From Vicugna vicugna (Eukaryota): a stretch of 64,000 nucleotides of DNA. The stretch covers positions 62,001-126,000 of the forward strand of contig PNXW01004639.1 in assembly GCA_013265495.1 (NCBI GenBank). Reading direction: 5' to 3'. Position 1 is the first letter of the stretch; every line of letters starts with the position of its first letter. Position numbers and translations under genes: made by a program. The notes under the pieces were generated by a model. The model ran no database searches, was not told the origin of the DNA, and saw nothing but the letters and a program-made list of their open reading frames with translations. Positions 1 to 12,969 of this stretch are shown in pieces.

Positions 1-545
1 GGATGAATGGATAAAGAAGTTGAGATATTTACATATATATGTATGTACACACACACACACACACACTACTCAGCCATAAACAAGAAGGAAATGCTGCCAT
101 TTGCAATAACATGGATAGAACACAAGGAAATTATGCTTAATGAAATAAGCCAAAGAAAGACAAATATTGTATTACAGCACTTACATGTGGAGTCTAAAAC
201 AGCTGAACTTGTGGAAACAGAGAATGGAAAGGTGGACAACAGGTGCTGGCTGTGGGGGAATTGGGGAGATGTCAAAGCGTATAAACTTGCAGTTAGGTGA
301 TGGAGAAGTTCTGGAAATGTAATGCTCAGAATTGTGATTATAGTCAACAATACTATATTATAAACTTCAAAACTGCTGTGAGACTAGATCTTAAATGTTT
401 TCACAACAAAAATATAATAATTATGTGATGTGATAGAGATTTAGATAAAGGTACAGTAGTTAACACATTACAACATATAAATATATCAATCCACGTATAA
501 TATACCTTAAGCGTACACGATTGTTATATGTCAATTAGATCTCAC
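1..545 (+). mobile_element. LINE-1 ORF2 end and 3' UTR (L1MA9/10-like), cut by window edge
   Basis: Typical L1 3' motifs: GGATGAATGGATAAAGAA, TACTCAGCCATAAA..GAAATGCTGCCATTTGCAATAACATGGAT, ending GTTATATGTCAATTAGATCTCA. Contains (AC)10 at 47-66. Confidence 0.9.
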
Positions 546-1319
546 TTTAGTGAATAATTTTACATATGAAGTATTTTTATTCTTAGTAGGGCTTAATTAT
601 TTCTAAATATAATGGTGTTTTCAATATTTAGTGACTAAGGGATTTAGTAAACTGTATGTTTGTTAAATAGGGGTATAACTGTAGTTGCATTTTCTGACAC
701 ATATATGCTAACATTTTGTTCACCCTCTCCCAGTGGCTAGAACTTTTCCTGTCCCAGGTAGAGCCACTTAATAAACATTTTTTGGAACAATTAATAAAAT
801 ATATCATTTTCAACTTATTTAATAAAAAATATGAACAATAAAACACCATCACACAGTCTTCATAAATTTCTGTGAAGCCGGGGTGCTCCGACATCTGGTG
901 CGTGGGCAGGGTAGGGAGCTGACACATTTTGCTGCATTTTTCACATTCACCGTCCCCCAGAATTATTCTCCCCTCTCTCTTGATTTTGCCATCCTGGTTG
1001 TGGGCTGGACGAGACGGAGGCACAGAGCCGGACAGAAGGGAGGAAGGACAGTACTGAGTGCATGTTCACCCTGTCATCACACTTCACCTTGCGTGTTATA
1101 AATCTCCTAAACCTGAGCATCTCTGGTGTGAGGCTCCTGTGATTGTTCGTGGTCCCCGAGTGACAGTGATTTGCATAGGCCGGCTTCTCAGCTACGTGGG
1201 TTTATGTAGAGGACACTGATGTGTTTGTATGTCCTGCAGAGAAGTCTACTTCATTAGAGTTACACTCCGCGTGAGCCGTGTGGGCTCAGCTGTCTGAGTG
1301 TCAGATGGAAAGCAGCTCA

Positions 1320-1476
1320 TCAGAAGAGCAGGGTTACACGACATTGTCCCATAGTGCCTCTTGGAGTCGAAGAAAGTGGTCGACTAAGACAAGATGGCTC
1401 GCAATGCGGCAAAGAATGTGAAGAATTCAATCTTCTGGAAGACGCACAGGGATCAATGACGGGGCAAACTTTAAGA
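1320..1476 (-). CDS. Candidate terminal coding exon of an unidentified minus-strand gene (LKVCPVIDPC...GQCRVTLLF*)
   Basis: Strong acceptor on the minus strand (ttctaattatttccttctttcttaactcAG), 51 open codons to TGA at 1322-1320, CpG retention, candidate polyA signals ATTAAA (823-818) and AATAAA (581-576). No homology recognised. Confidence 0.25.
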
Positions 1477-1589
1477 CTGAGTTAAGAAAGAAGGAAATAA
1501 TTAGAAGAATACACTGGAGGGATTAAAGACTTGAGGGGAAACTTAAAAAGGTCAGGGGAAAAGTAAACTGGAAGCCTAATGTTATGGGG

Positions 1590-1730
1590 GAAGAAAATAA
1601 AGCAGAAAGTGAAAAAAAAAAAAAAGGCAAAAAAAAAGAAAAAAAAAAAAAAGGCTGAAAAGGAAGAGAGAGAAATAAAGGAAAAAGGAAATAAAAAAAT
1701 AATAAAAATTAAAATACAAGAAATTGAAAT
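1590..1730. repeat. A-rich low-complexity tract
   Basis: Runs of A9-A14 interrupted by G/GC; source of the poly-K and poly-F ORFs in the track. Confidence 0.9.
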
Positions 1731-2375
1731 CAGAAGAATTGTTTTCATACTCGCATACTATATTTTATGTGGTTTTCTTTGTGTGGAAGGGGAATCTGGA
1801 AGGAGGCTCTTCTTTATGAAAACCAGATCAGCATCAGCACGCAGTGGTTCATATACGTGATCACAGCGTGCTCTGCTGACCCTCTGTCATCTTTGGAGGG
1901 AAAGAATGAACAGAAGAATACAAGCCAATAGCAGACTTAATATACTCTGGACTTCAGTAGACACCTTCCATGAAATTTTGGGGGGTTTTTTGGATGAGCT
2001 GGTGAGAAGAGGGACTTACATCAGATGTAGCCGTTGGCAGCGTGTCTGTGCTCAAGGAACACCCACTATCCAGGGGGCAGTGGAGCGGCAGCAGAGGGAC
2101 CAGAACCTGCTGACGGAGTCGTTATCTGTTCTGAAGTCTGACCGACAGGGGGCCAGGCGCCCAGCAGCCCAGCAGGTGGGCATGAGTCCTGAAGGCAATG
2201 TGAGCAGGTAGGCCCATCAAGGTGGTTTTCTGTAGGGCACCGTTTTCTCCCACAGTTGCTCCAACAGCTGTTCACACTGAGCTTATGCCCTTGCAGTTGG
2301 GAAGAGATGTCACTGCCCATTTGTCTTTGCATGGAGTAAACTTACTGCCTGGAAAAAAAAAATAAAAGAAATCAC

Positions 2376-2555
2376 CTTATAGATTGACTGTTCAGCCGCA
2401 GCAAAGGCCGCTGACGGCAGACAGAGGCATGGAAACCCGCACAGGAGAAGGTCCCCGTGCGGGCACTTCTGACCCTGTGAGAGGAAGACTGCTCAGCACT
2501 TCCAGGCTCTACCCTCCGACTCCCAGAGTACTTTGATTTTTTTTCGGGTAGGTCC
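2376..2555 (-). CDS. Candidate 180-nt phase 2-2 coding exon (DLPEKKSKY...RLNSQSI)
   Basis: Open frame, CpG-rich, donor AAG|GTGATT, weak acceptor acacacAG. Splices in frame to the 1476 acceptor. Confidence 0.2.
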
Positions 2556-3179
2556 CTGTGTGTGTATAACACCATTTTCACAGACAAACCTGGTATTTTG
2601 TTTTACATCCAGAACTCCCAGAGTAAGGAAATATTGTACATTTATTTATACAAAGAAAACTGAAGGAGCAAAGATTCAAGTCACCTAGTGTATTATCGCC
2701 CCTCGCAGGAAGTGTGGGCTTTAAGACCGCACGGAAGAACAGGTATTCCAGGGCGAAGCCGGGGTAAAACGGAACGGTCAAAAGGGTGGGTCAGCGGTTG
2801 AATACGACACCAAGTGCCGTCAAAATCTAAGCTGTTTAAAATATTTGCTTCTTCTGGTCAGCAGTTTTGCTTTTGAGTACTGATTTCCAGGTGTGCATGC
2901 TAGGGTCCTCCCTCTGCTTTTGTGTGCAGTGAGTCATCAGATCTCCCTTGAACATGCTTTGTATCTGTCCCCTGTCCCCAGCGACACTGCACCTGTTATG
3001 GCTCAAGTGTTCGTAATCTGACCTGAACCACTGCAGGTCAGTCCGTGCTGGTCCTCCTGACACTGGTCTTGCCGGAGAGACTTGAGTCACTCTCGTCTCT
3101 GTGCTGATTTCCTTCATAAATTTCTACGAGGGCACACAGGACACGAAACTCTTATTACTCTGTGTCTCTTTCACCTGCT

Positions 3180-3285
3180 CAGGCTGTAACCACCTTTAAA
3201 TAAGGAAACAGATTTTAATTTTCATCACTGAAGACTCTAACATAGTGCCTGTTGCAGAGTAATCCTCAATATATACTGAATAAAT
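3180..3285 (+). mobile_element. L2 3' end fragment
   Basis: CATAGTGCCTGTTGCAGAGTAATCCTCAATATATACTGAATAAAT resembles the L2 terminus. Confidence 0.6.
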
Positions 3286-3854
3286 ACTATATATTATACT
3301 TGGATTATAAACTCTCCTATTATTTCCCAAAGTGAAAAGGGTATCCCTCAGTCGCTCACTTACTTGCATCAAGGCTCCGGGTGTGTGTACACACTCTCTG
3401 ATACTGAAGTGTAAATTGTGTTCTAATTCATTTCAACACCTCTGAACCACTGAGAGGGTTTGATTCTGCTAGGAGTGCAAAGCAAAGATTACACGTTTAA
3501 TTATTTTCTTCATGTTGCTTGAGGATAACCAGCCATCTTCAGGATAAATTATAAATCACTCGGAATGAGATCCAAATTGCTTTCCATTTCTCCAGCCTCA
3601 TCTCCCACTAGTTTCCCAGAAGCACCCTCTTCCTGAACGCCTGCAGCTCACTGAGCACGGATTCCCTTTCCTGCCCCTTTGCGTGTGTCACACCCTCTGA
3701 CTTCTCTCCACGGCTTAGCTGTCTCGAGTCTCCTTGTGTTTCAACTGTCGGTGTCTGTGTGCACCTTGCCAACCCCATTTCCACAGCTTCAGGGTAAACA
3801 GTGTCCCTCCTCAGCCCTTCTTTGTAACAATTCTCACTATTAAAAAAAATCACT

Positions 3855-4065
3855 ATAATAACTAGCACGTATCAAATTCAAGTGTGTAATAATTCATGTG
3901 TGTCTGCATCGTCTAATTTAATCCCAACAACAGACTATAATGTAATCCACGCTTCATTGACAAGGAAATTCTTCCCCAAAGTCATATAACTAGTAATCGA
4001 CAAATCAGAGAGGGATTTGAACCCAGTCACGTCCACATGACTCCAGAGCCCCTGTTCTCATCCAC
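3855..4065 (-). mobile_element. MIR SINE
   Basis: GGGATTTGAACCCAG...GACTCCAGAGCCC and CCCAAAGTCATATAACTAGTAA are reverse complements of the MIR head and core. Confidence 0.8.
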
Positions 4066-6718
4066 CTTGATATTTGCTGTTTGATATTCAGGCTCCCCAA
4101 AGCGTGAGTTCGTTTAGGGCAAGAACTGCGTTTTTGATTCCTGTATCACCTGTACCCGGTACATCATTTGAACTTGAAGTCATTCCATAGTTATTTACAC
4201 ATAAAGAGTATGTTTTCCAGTCTGCAAGTATTAGCTTTTCTTTCGTTGGTTAGTTATTAGGTTTGGCCCCAATTTAGATTTATTTCAAGGTTTTTGAGCC
4301 CAATACATCATATTCTCATTAATAAATGAATATTATGTATTTTTTATATCCCAGGCTCCTTCTTGGCATAAAATGCTTTTCTTGTCATTCTGTGTCGTAA
4401 ATAAACTCTGAAACGTTCCCAGGGACTTTCCTTTCTCGAGTTCCTGCTTCCACAGTAAGTTTTGCACATACAGGTTCTGGTCCTTTCTGGCACCTACATA
4501 AGGTCTTTTGTGTGTGATTTCTTTTGGAATTTACCTTAATAGTTGTTAATCACACACGGCCTCTTAATTCTCTGACTTAAATACCTTGGTTGCAAAACCT
4601 GTTTTTTCATTCTTCTGGCCTGTCTCTGAATAGCCAGTGCTGTCTCATGTGCCCTTTCTTTAATGAATACTGTTAATTCTTTGTGGGCAAGTCCGCCCCT
4701 CCTCGCTACTCCCAGGAAAGCACACCCTTGCGAAGAGTCCGTGCTGCTTTCCAGTTTTATTCTTAAGAGATTAAATCAAGGGTGTCCGCTTTCAAAAGTC
4801 GCTCTTATGAAACCCAAGGCACAAGCCACTCTCTTGCCCCCTACCCGCTACAAATAGTTAACTACTTGGAAAGTTACACATTCTGTTATTACCCAGCCAG
4901 TAAGTGAATAGTTGCCCAGAATGGTCTTTTCAGCTTCCAGTTTTTCAGCTTGCATTATCTGACAGTGATTTCTGCCCATCATTCTTGCTTTCCAGCCCTG
5001 TAATTGCTCTTCAGCCATTTATTCAGCGCCATGTAAATGTGTCACGATTGTCATCACATATTAAGCTTTTTGTATATAATCCATGGTTTTCATTAAAAGG
5101 CAATTGTGATGTTTATAGCAGTTAGAGATAATCTGAAGGAGAAAAGGAACCATGGTAAACATTCCACCGTCATTACTCAGAGAGATCAGCAATGATGCTC
5201 AGACAGAAGGTGATACCCACGGTCGGACAGTGAGCGCCACAGAAAGGAGGTGGGACAGTTTTATGTGGCAAAATGAACAACGACAACAAAAACAAGAAAT
5301 TACAATTAAAAAATGGGAAGTGAAAAGATATCTAAACTCCAGAAGGCTCAATGACTAGCATTTCTATTACTCAGAATCTTTGAGTGTTCAGTCTTGCATT
5401 TTAAAATAAGAAATTACCCATGTAGAATAAAACACGGAGTAAGAAGTTAGCCCCTTTCTCTGTCCTTCCCAAAAACATGCCACTCTTTAGGCATATAGCA
5501 CTGTTCACAGTTTTTAGGTTATTTCATAAGAGCCACTGACATTGGTATCTTGAAATACCTATGTAACAAAAGTTAAAACATGTGATCTAAATTCCTACTT
5601 GAGTATGTAAGAATTATATATAGCTTTGAATGAGCAGATACACAGAATATCAGTTTTGGAAAAGAAACTAACAATTTGTATTGTCAACCTAATTAGCTCA
5701 TTGTCCTAAGCCTAAATTCCACTGTATCATTTCCAATTATGTCATTCATTCTCTCCTGATTTATCTGCTAATGTGTGACAATTGAAAAAATTCTATCTTT
5801 ATATTGTTAAAGAAAGGAGATTTTCTAGGTATCACTTTTAGTTATAATTTATATGACTAAAATGACACAGAAGTCTTTGAAATACGTGACTATATCAAAT
5901 TAACACAGAAACACTATTTTTTGCTTTTGCTTGAAAACGTGGTCTGGTATCATATTCTGTTGTTGTTATCGACATAAGAAAAACCTTAGGAAAAGTACTT
6001 AGTACAATTATTATCTTTAAAATGTATATAAATAAATATTCTAAGAATACGCTTTATTTTAATGTCAAGGATTTTGGAGTAAGGGGAAGGGAAATTACAC
6101 CTTATATGAGGCGTAAGTGGTCGCAATGCCCCAAGCCTGACCTGAAATAAAGTATTTCCAAGAGAAGCTAACATGCAACTTTGAGTCAATCTTTGGGAAT
6201 TTTAAGTTCTATTTTTGTCACGACATGCAGTGACTAAGCAGTGAATTGTGTCTGAGTCGTTCATTAATACAACCAGAATGGTTAGACTGACCTCCAAATG
6301 GCCTTCTGGTCAGCTAGACAGCAGTTAGGTTCTGCCTCATTAAATCACTGAGCAGTGGTATTCTGCATCCTATATACACAGCCCACAGCGCAGCCAGCCA
6401 AGGCAGAATGTCTCAGCTCTTACCAGCTCATCTGGGCTAGAGCCTTGTATTAAATGATGTCATTCAGTGTTTGCTGGAAGAAGAAATGAATCACTGGTAA
6501 AAACAAAAAATCATATTCTGTTCTCACTTAATTATGAACATTTGGATTTTTGCTTGACCAAAATGAACAACTCAGGAATTACTCAGTATAACTCTTTCAA
6601 AGTCCAGCTTTATGACACACACCACTTTCTTTGATTACACCACAGGACTGTCAGGGTTGTAAAAGAGATGAAACAGTGTGAAGGGTTATAAAGGATAATA
6701 TTAAAAATTCCCATCCCT

Positions 6719-6752
6719 CACACACACACACACACACTCACACACACACACA
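6719..6752. repeat. (CA)n microsatellite, interrupted
   Basis: (CA)9 CT (CA)7 seen directly. Confidence 0.95.
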
Positions 6753-7814
6753 AATGTGAGCCAACTGAAAATGTTGTGTTCTTTTGTTTTGTAAAAATGA
6801 GCACACACTTAGGAATCAACATCAAAATCTCTAATCATGTGCAAGCATCTTGGTAATGACAGAGTGTGCTGTCACCAGGGCTTACAGATAAAAACGTGGA
6901 AGATCTCACTCATCTCTTTGCCACAACGAAAATGTGTCTTCCACCTCGTCCACTTTTCTTCTTTCCTGTTTCACGGATGGATATGTATAAATACATATGT
7001 GTACATATACATACAGATAATGTAATCACCAGCTTACTTAAACTGAGTATGTCAACGAATAACTGAAACATATCATTAAAATATAATAGTATAACTATTG
7101 TTAGGCTGTATTAACCTATGCACTCATTTCATTAAAAAAAGCTACTGACTAAACTTTCTTTGCGTTCTACTTCATTCATTTATGTGTGTGTGTTCTCATG
7201 TGAGTGTATGTGTGTACATTACTGTTTCTGACTGTGGGCGAAAGCAGACAGTTAATGAAATTCTCAAGATCATCTAAAGATCTTTAGTAAAATTATTTCT
7301 CATTAAAAACAAATTATCTCAATTAGTTCTGAATCTCCTCTGCATGCTTGTGAGGCTGATGTAGCATGGATTTGAAAACTCAAGAACTAAGGTTACCAGG
7401 ATCAAGATGAAAGTAACCTTTCTTTCAGATTGCTTACAGTTTTCATCCAAAGGCCAATGGTCCCCATCACTTAAAAATAATAGTGACTTATTTATTTCAA
7501 AATAATTTTTGAAAATAGTAAACAACTGAAAAATCAGAAGCGCATCAGTGCTCATCAGGGAATGACGTATTTTTCAGTTTGCTCAGTGTTACAGTATCAG
7601 AGGGAGGAACAAAATTCTATTCAAATCATTTTTATCCAGCAATATTCTCATAAGATGTTTTGCAAATTTAGGGTGTGTTTTCCCAGTCCATTTCCTGAAT
7701 AAACCTGACTAATGTATCTTTTTTTTTCTTATTACAAATATCATTACTGTGAAAGTTTTGTGCATAAAGTCTCTCCTAGGAATGACACACTCCAATCAAA
7801 GGGAACGGGTTCCA

Positions 7815-8040
7815 GCTATTGTTTATTTATAACTTATATGCCAGGGCCAGAGCTAATTATTTTTCGACATTATCTTTTTTAATTTCTATGAAATATTGAG
7901 AATTAAGTTTTTAATGATCACTGTTACAAAGGAATAATATAAGGATTGGGGAGATTTCTTTGTTTAAGATCAATCACCTAGCTAGTGACAGATTTAATAC
8001 TTGAAGTCATGTCTTGAGTTTGTAGCACTAGTTCTTAATC
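7815..8040 (-). mobile_element. Degenerate MIR
   Basis: Weak similarity: TATGCCAGGGCCAGAGCTAA...CACCTAGCTAGTGACAGA...ACTTGAAGTCATGTCT. Confidence 0.5.
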
Positions 8041-8329
8041 AGTTCAATACATACAGTGCTAATATCTGAGTCATTGCTTGGAAGAAAGATGGGCAGATTT
8101 TCTCTTTTCCAATTATGTTCCTAAAAATGTATTTTTGTTATATATTACACATGAGTGGAATCATAAGTTTTGGTTAAATGCCACAGTTTTCTAAAGTGTT
8201 AGGAACCTGTCAGTACCCCCCGCCAGTCACTCTAGCCGAGCTTAAGTTAGTTAACACATATCAACATCAAATTAAATGGACTCCCCCCTAAAAACCCTTG
8301 AATTTGGAAATAAGACATGCACAGGACTA

Positions 8330-8545
8330 GCTCATCTATGGTCTTAGGAGTCAGGAGGAGAGTTACCCTTAGGGGATTGGTGGGAATGAAATGGCACACA
8401 GGTAGTTTCTGAAGTGATGATAATGTTTTGTTACTTGATCTGAGTGGTAATTACTTGGGTCCATTTTTGCTGAAACTTCCTGCTATAGAGTTATGTTACA
8501 TGCATTTTTCTATACGTGTGTTATACTTCCATTGAAAGTTTTCTA
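8330..8545 (+). mobile_element. Old L1 (L1MC/ME-like) 3' UTR end
   Basis: ATCTATGGT..GAGTCAGGA..GTTACCCTT, ATAATGTTTTGTTACTTGATCTGAGTGGT, TGTGTTATACTTCCATTGAAAG. Confidence 0.8.
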
Positions 8546-11359
8546 AAAATTAGTAGCTGTCTACACAAGCTCTTTGCTTTTGGAAACAGCAGTTAAGGCT
8601 ATAATGAGTGGTCTACACTTGAAATTCTGGGAATGCTCGTCTTTCTGTTAACCTGTTAGACCAGAGCTAGTCATTGCCTTGTCCTGACTCCCCAACATCT
8701 GTTTTCTGTAAACAGAATTGATTTTTTTTCTTTAGAAGTTCCTGTTTATTCTGATGGCCAGACCTGTGGTCACGGTCAGTGGGCAAGGGTACAGGCATGT
8801 ATCAGGGGTAGCAGATCAAAAGGAGGGATGTCAGGGGCTTTTGACTAAACTCTGTTTCACATCTTTTGTTTTCGTGAATTCAGCTTGGCTTTTGCCCAAT
8901 TAATGGTTAAATTTGAAGGCAGGTTTAAATTTTGAAAGAGATGTCTCCAACTCAAAAGTAGCCATTAGTTACTAGGATAGGCTGGTAATACTAGTAGTCA
9001 CCCAGCTAGGTTGGTGTGCAGGAAACAAACACACATGGTTATCATTACATGAGTCATTCAAAAGATAAATCGAATACTCATCCTTTCCAATGAGTATATT
9101 AAACTTCTTGGATACTGACAGGGGAAGCATCTACTTAAATTAATTCATGAAGTGATACTTCTGGACCACCAACTCAGATAGTTTCTCTTAAGAACAGAAA
9201 ATTAAGCTTTGCTTTCCCAGTGTTCATATTATTGCAGTGCAAAACCATCAAATCAGTTATGAAATCCAAATGAAAGACAGTGATGACCATGCTTCTGTCT
9301 ACCTTATTTATTATGTTGAATATTTACATATGATGGTTCACTTGCACTCAGGCATAAGAAGTCTGGGCTATTCAAATTGTATAGATATTTGAGTCAGGAT
9401 AAAGTGAGAGGTTATGCTGTTCCTTATGAATAAGTTAATATGCCCATGAAATTTCACACAGCTGAAGTGAAAACACAGCCTTAGACCTTCACTAAAAATT
9501 CAGCATAGTAAACAAAACCCGGACGTTATGAGTTAGTCTGTATTATGTAATAGAGTGAAATGTTCTCTTTATTCTAGTAATAATATAAATATATACCAGA
9601 GTATCTAGAAATACATTTTTCAACTTTTGAATCATGAATATATATCACATTATTATTACGATCACTATTCTTAAAGTAACTCTTAAAGGAGAGAATGAAA
9701 AGTAATACAGAATCAGAATTCATTGTGATTGTTTTCAAACCTTTGGCAGAGAAAAAGAATGACTGAAATCACTATCTTTAGTAAATACATTATTTGGCTT
9801 CTTTTACTGGTTTCAAATTCTCTACACATTTCACAGCAATGTAATTTTATGCATAAATACAATCTATTCCCTAGGCTTTACAGAGGATTGTGTACCAATC
9901 ACAATTATTCCTAATATATGATGTGCCAATATACTTTTGATTTTTGAGTCATGGGCAATAATCATATCATATCCTTTCAGATGAAAATAAAGAAGTAGTA
10001 TTAAAGTACTAAGTATGGATTTTAACACAATGGGTAACATTTCGTATGTCTTTATATTAAATTTTCACTCAGACTTAAACTCTCTAGCTAAATAAAAGTA
10101 GAAAACGGAGACATACAAATGACCTAAATTTTCCAAAACAATTCATGCACCAACAATGGATGCTCTGAATAAAGAAATTTGGATTATTCTTTCTGTGGGA
10201 TTATCTGGATTTTGTTTTGGCATGGTGTTTAAGGGCAAGTGCAAATTAGGCAAATACTGATTTTATCATTAGGACAATTAAGACCTGGATTGAACATTAT
10301 AATATGCTGTACACTAGGTCAACCAATGCTAGTGAAGCAGAACCAATAGTAGTGAAGTAGTAACCGTTTTGACTAAATTCTCTGGGTCAGCAACTTCAGT
10401 CACCCATGTAGAAACGTGCTCATGGTGTGATTAATCTCAGGGGCCAAGATGTTAAATATTTATTGAAGACGTTACTTCTGCCTCCAACAGCCTCTAAACT
10501 TTGTATACAATTTTCCAGAGGTGCCTAATTACACCTTACTGACCTAACAATTCTCTATTTTACCAAACACGTAATTTCCACTGCATAAATGCTGTCAGCA
10601 CTAACTGAAGCATTGTCTACACACAGTGAAGTCTTATGCCATGAATTCTTAGAACTGAAATATCCAAGGGGATGCTCTGACAGTCAATTCAAGAAAGCCC
10701 TGTTAAGTATAAATAACAGTGCATCATATAATTGGTTCTGTAATTAGAATGTGAATTTTTCTTTGAATAAAGACTAGTGCTTGTTATCTGTATACTTAAG
10801 AGTTGGTGAACTGAATTACTGTACAGAATATTTATAAGGAATATAAATGTGTTTTCATAGAGCCATATATCAATAGTCATGAAAAATCACATTTTTACCT
10901 TTTTAAGTAACTATCACTCTTTTAATTTATACATTTCATTTGTGCCTTAGTTTTCTCATTCGTAAAAACAATCATTTGACCAGAAGATTCCAAATACCTT
11001 TCCTATCGGACCTCCTAAAATTATGCCACAAAGATATTTCCTTCTTGATTCCTCTATTTTTATGTTGTCATTGATGTATTAACATGACAGTCTTATCTTA
11101 GATTTTTATTTATTGAGTAGAAAAATAAATGTATGGCAAGTTACCAAACAAATGACATTCTCAGACGTTGGAAGCCTGCCAAACTTGCTTTTAATTCAAA
11201 CTGCATTCAGAATTTGTGGGACACAAGTACTATATTTATGTGATAGGAAAGTGACCTCTTTCCTGATTTGTTCCATGCCCTGTAAATCTGAGAAAGGGTG
11301 AAACATAATTTTCTAATAAGTAAAACTTCCTTTGTATAAGTTTCCCAGAGTCATAGATC

Positions 11360-11434
11360 ATATGTGTGTCTGTGTGTGTGTGTGTCTGTGTGTATATGTC
11401 TGTGTGTACATACACACACACGCACACATATATA
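11360..11434. repeat. Compound (TG)n/(CA)n microsatellite
   Basis: TG-rich arm followed by a CA-rich arm (quasi-palindromic), then a purine tract to about 11475. Confidence 0.9.
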
Positions 11435-12493
11435 GGAAGGGGAGGAAAAAAAGAATGAAAGAAGGAAGGAAGAAGGCCCAACAATGACCATAATAGGAAA
11501 GAGAATGTTGCAAAAAATATATATAAGTAGACAGACAATTTATTGAGGTCGGAGCCAAAGAGCTGGGATTTGCCCCAGCATTCTTGTGAACAAACTTTAT
11601 GACCTCCAAGAAGCCATCCTTACATGCTTACATTTCTCATACACATAATATACTTTTTGTCCAAGGTTGCAGATTTTGTTTCCCAAATGTCCTCATTAGG
11701 TTCTCTCAGAAATCACTATTTTTTTAATGAAAAATTCATTTTATATCTCTCAACTCATTATAAACCCGTTGGTTAGGAGTGTAATGAAGCAAAGCCTGCA
11801 AGTGTGAAAAGGAATGAGATGGACCATGACATTGTTGGGATAAAACATAATGGATTATAATCGTTGACCACTTCAGGTGTTTTCTCATTCCTAATTTTCC
11901 TATTACGTCTTTTTTATGAGTCAGGTACATTTGAGTGTTACTATCACTGTTTTTGGTTTTGGTCAAAGTTCAAACTAACTTAAAGTATTTCATGTAACCT
12001 CATTAATCATGGTCCCATACTTTACACTGTGGAAACTATGACCCCACTCACTGTATCATCAGAGTTTTAAAGTATTTGCTTAAGTTACGTAAGTGAGTGT
12101 TTTAAACTGAATAACCCAGGAAAACTATCAGTTTTTCTATAACAAAAACTGTAACTTTGCCTGTGAAGCTTGGAAGTATTATACTTCATATAAAATTTAG
12201 CGTTTCTGTTACGGTGATGGGAGGTAGAATTCATACTTCAGTGTGTTCCAAGGTGAGTAGGAAGTGAGAAGGTAAGAATATCAAGCAGAGAAAACTTTTT
12301 CTTCAAGTTTGTATCTGAACAAGGAGAAAGAAAGGGGGCAGTGGCCAGTGGAATGTGGGAGCCAACTTACTGAACTTAGCTCTTGCAGAGACCTTCTTCT
12401 TTTCTTCACTTTTTCCATCTTTGTGTTTAAAGGAGGTAATCAATTCACAGCAAGCACATCGAACACACTGTGAGTATTCGATAAAGATTAGTT

Positions 12494-12969
12494 CAGTGGT
12501 TCACACAGTCTGGTCCGTGAACCTGCTGTCCGTGAGACTCTTTTCGGCATCTGTGAATTCGAAACTATACTCATAAAAATACAAGGACATTATCTGCCTT
12601 TTCACTCTTGTTCTTACATGAGTGTCCCGTGAGTGTTTCGTATGCTATTTGAGGTGTAAAATTGCACTAGTTTGAACGTAGAAGCAGATACAAGGATCCA
12701 GCTCTCTTAGCCAAACAAGACTTGCACAATGTAAAACAGTGCCACGCGTCTCTTAAAATATTTTTGTTTTGGAAAATCTAGTTATTTATATAAATAAGAA
12801 ATGAATTTATTATTGTTGTTTTGAATACATTTATGACTAATTTTTTTAACCTTCTGTCTTTTAACTCTCGTATGATAAATATCATAGAACAAATTTTAAA
12901 AATTCTAGAATTCTCAAAGATTTTTAGGAGTGTAAAGATGGTATGAAAACCAAAAGATTTGAGATCTGC
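12494..12969 (+). mobile_element. hAT-Charlie non-autonomous DNA transposon (MER119-like), near full length
   Basis: Starts CAGTGGTTCACACAGTCTGGTCC; internal AAACTATACTCATAAAAATAC and GAAGCAGATACAAGGATCCAGCT; ends GAGTGTAAAGATGG..ACCAAAAGATTTGAGATCTGC. Confidence 0.8.

Noticed and set aside
1482..1860. Poly-Lys and poly-Phe ORFs
   Set aside because: Translations of the A-rich tract.
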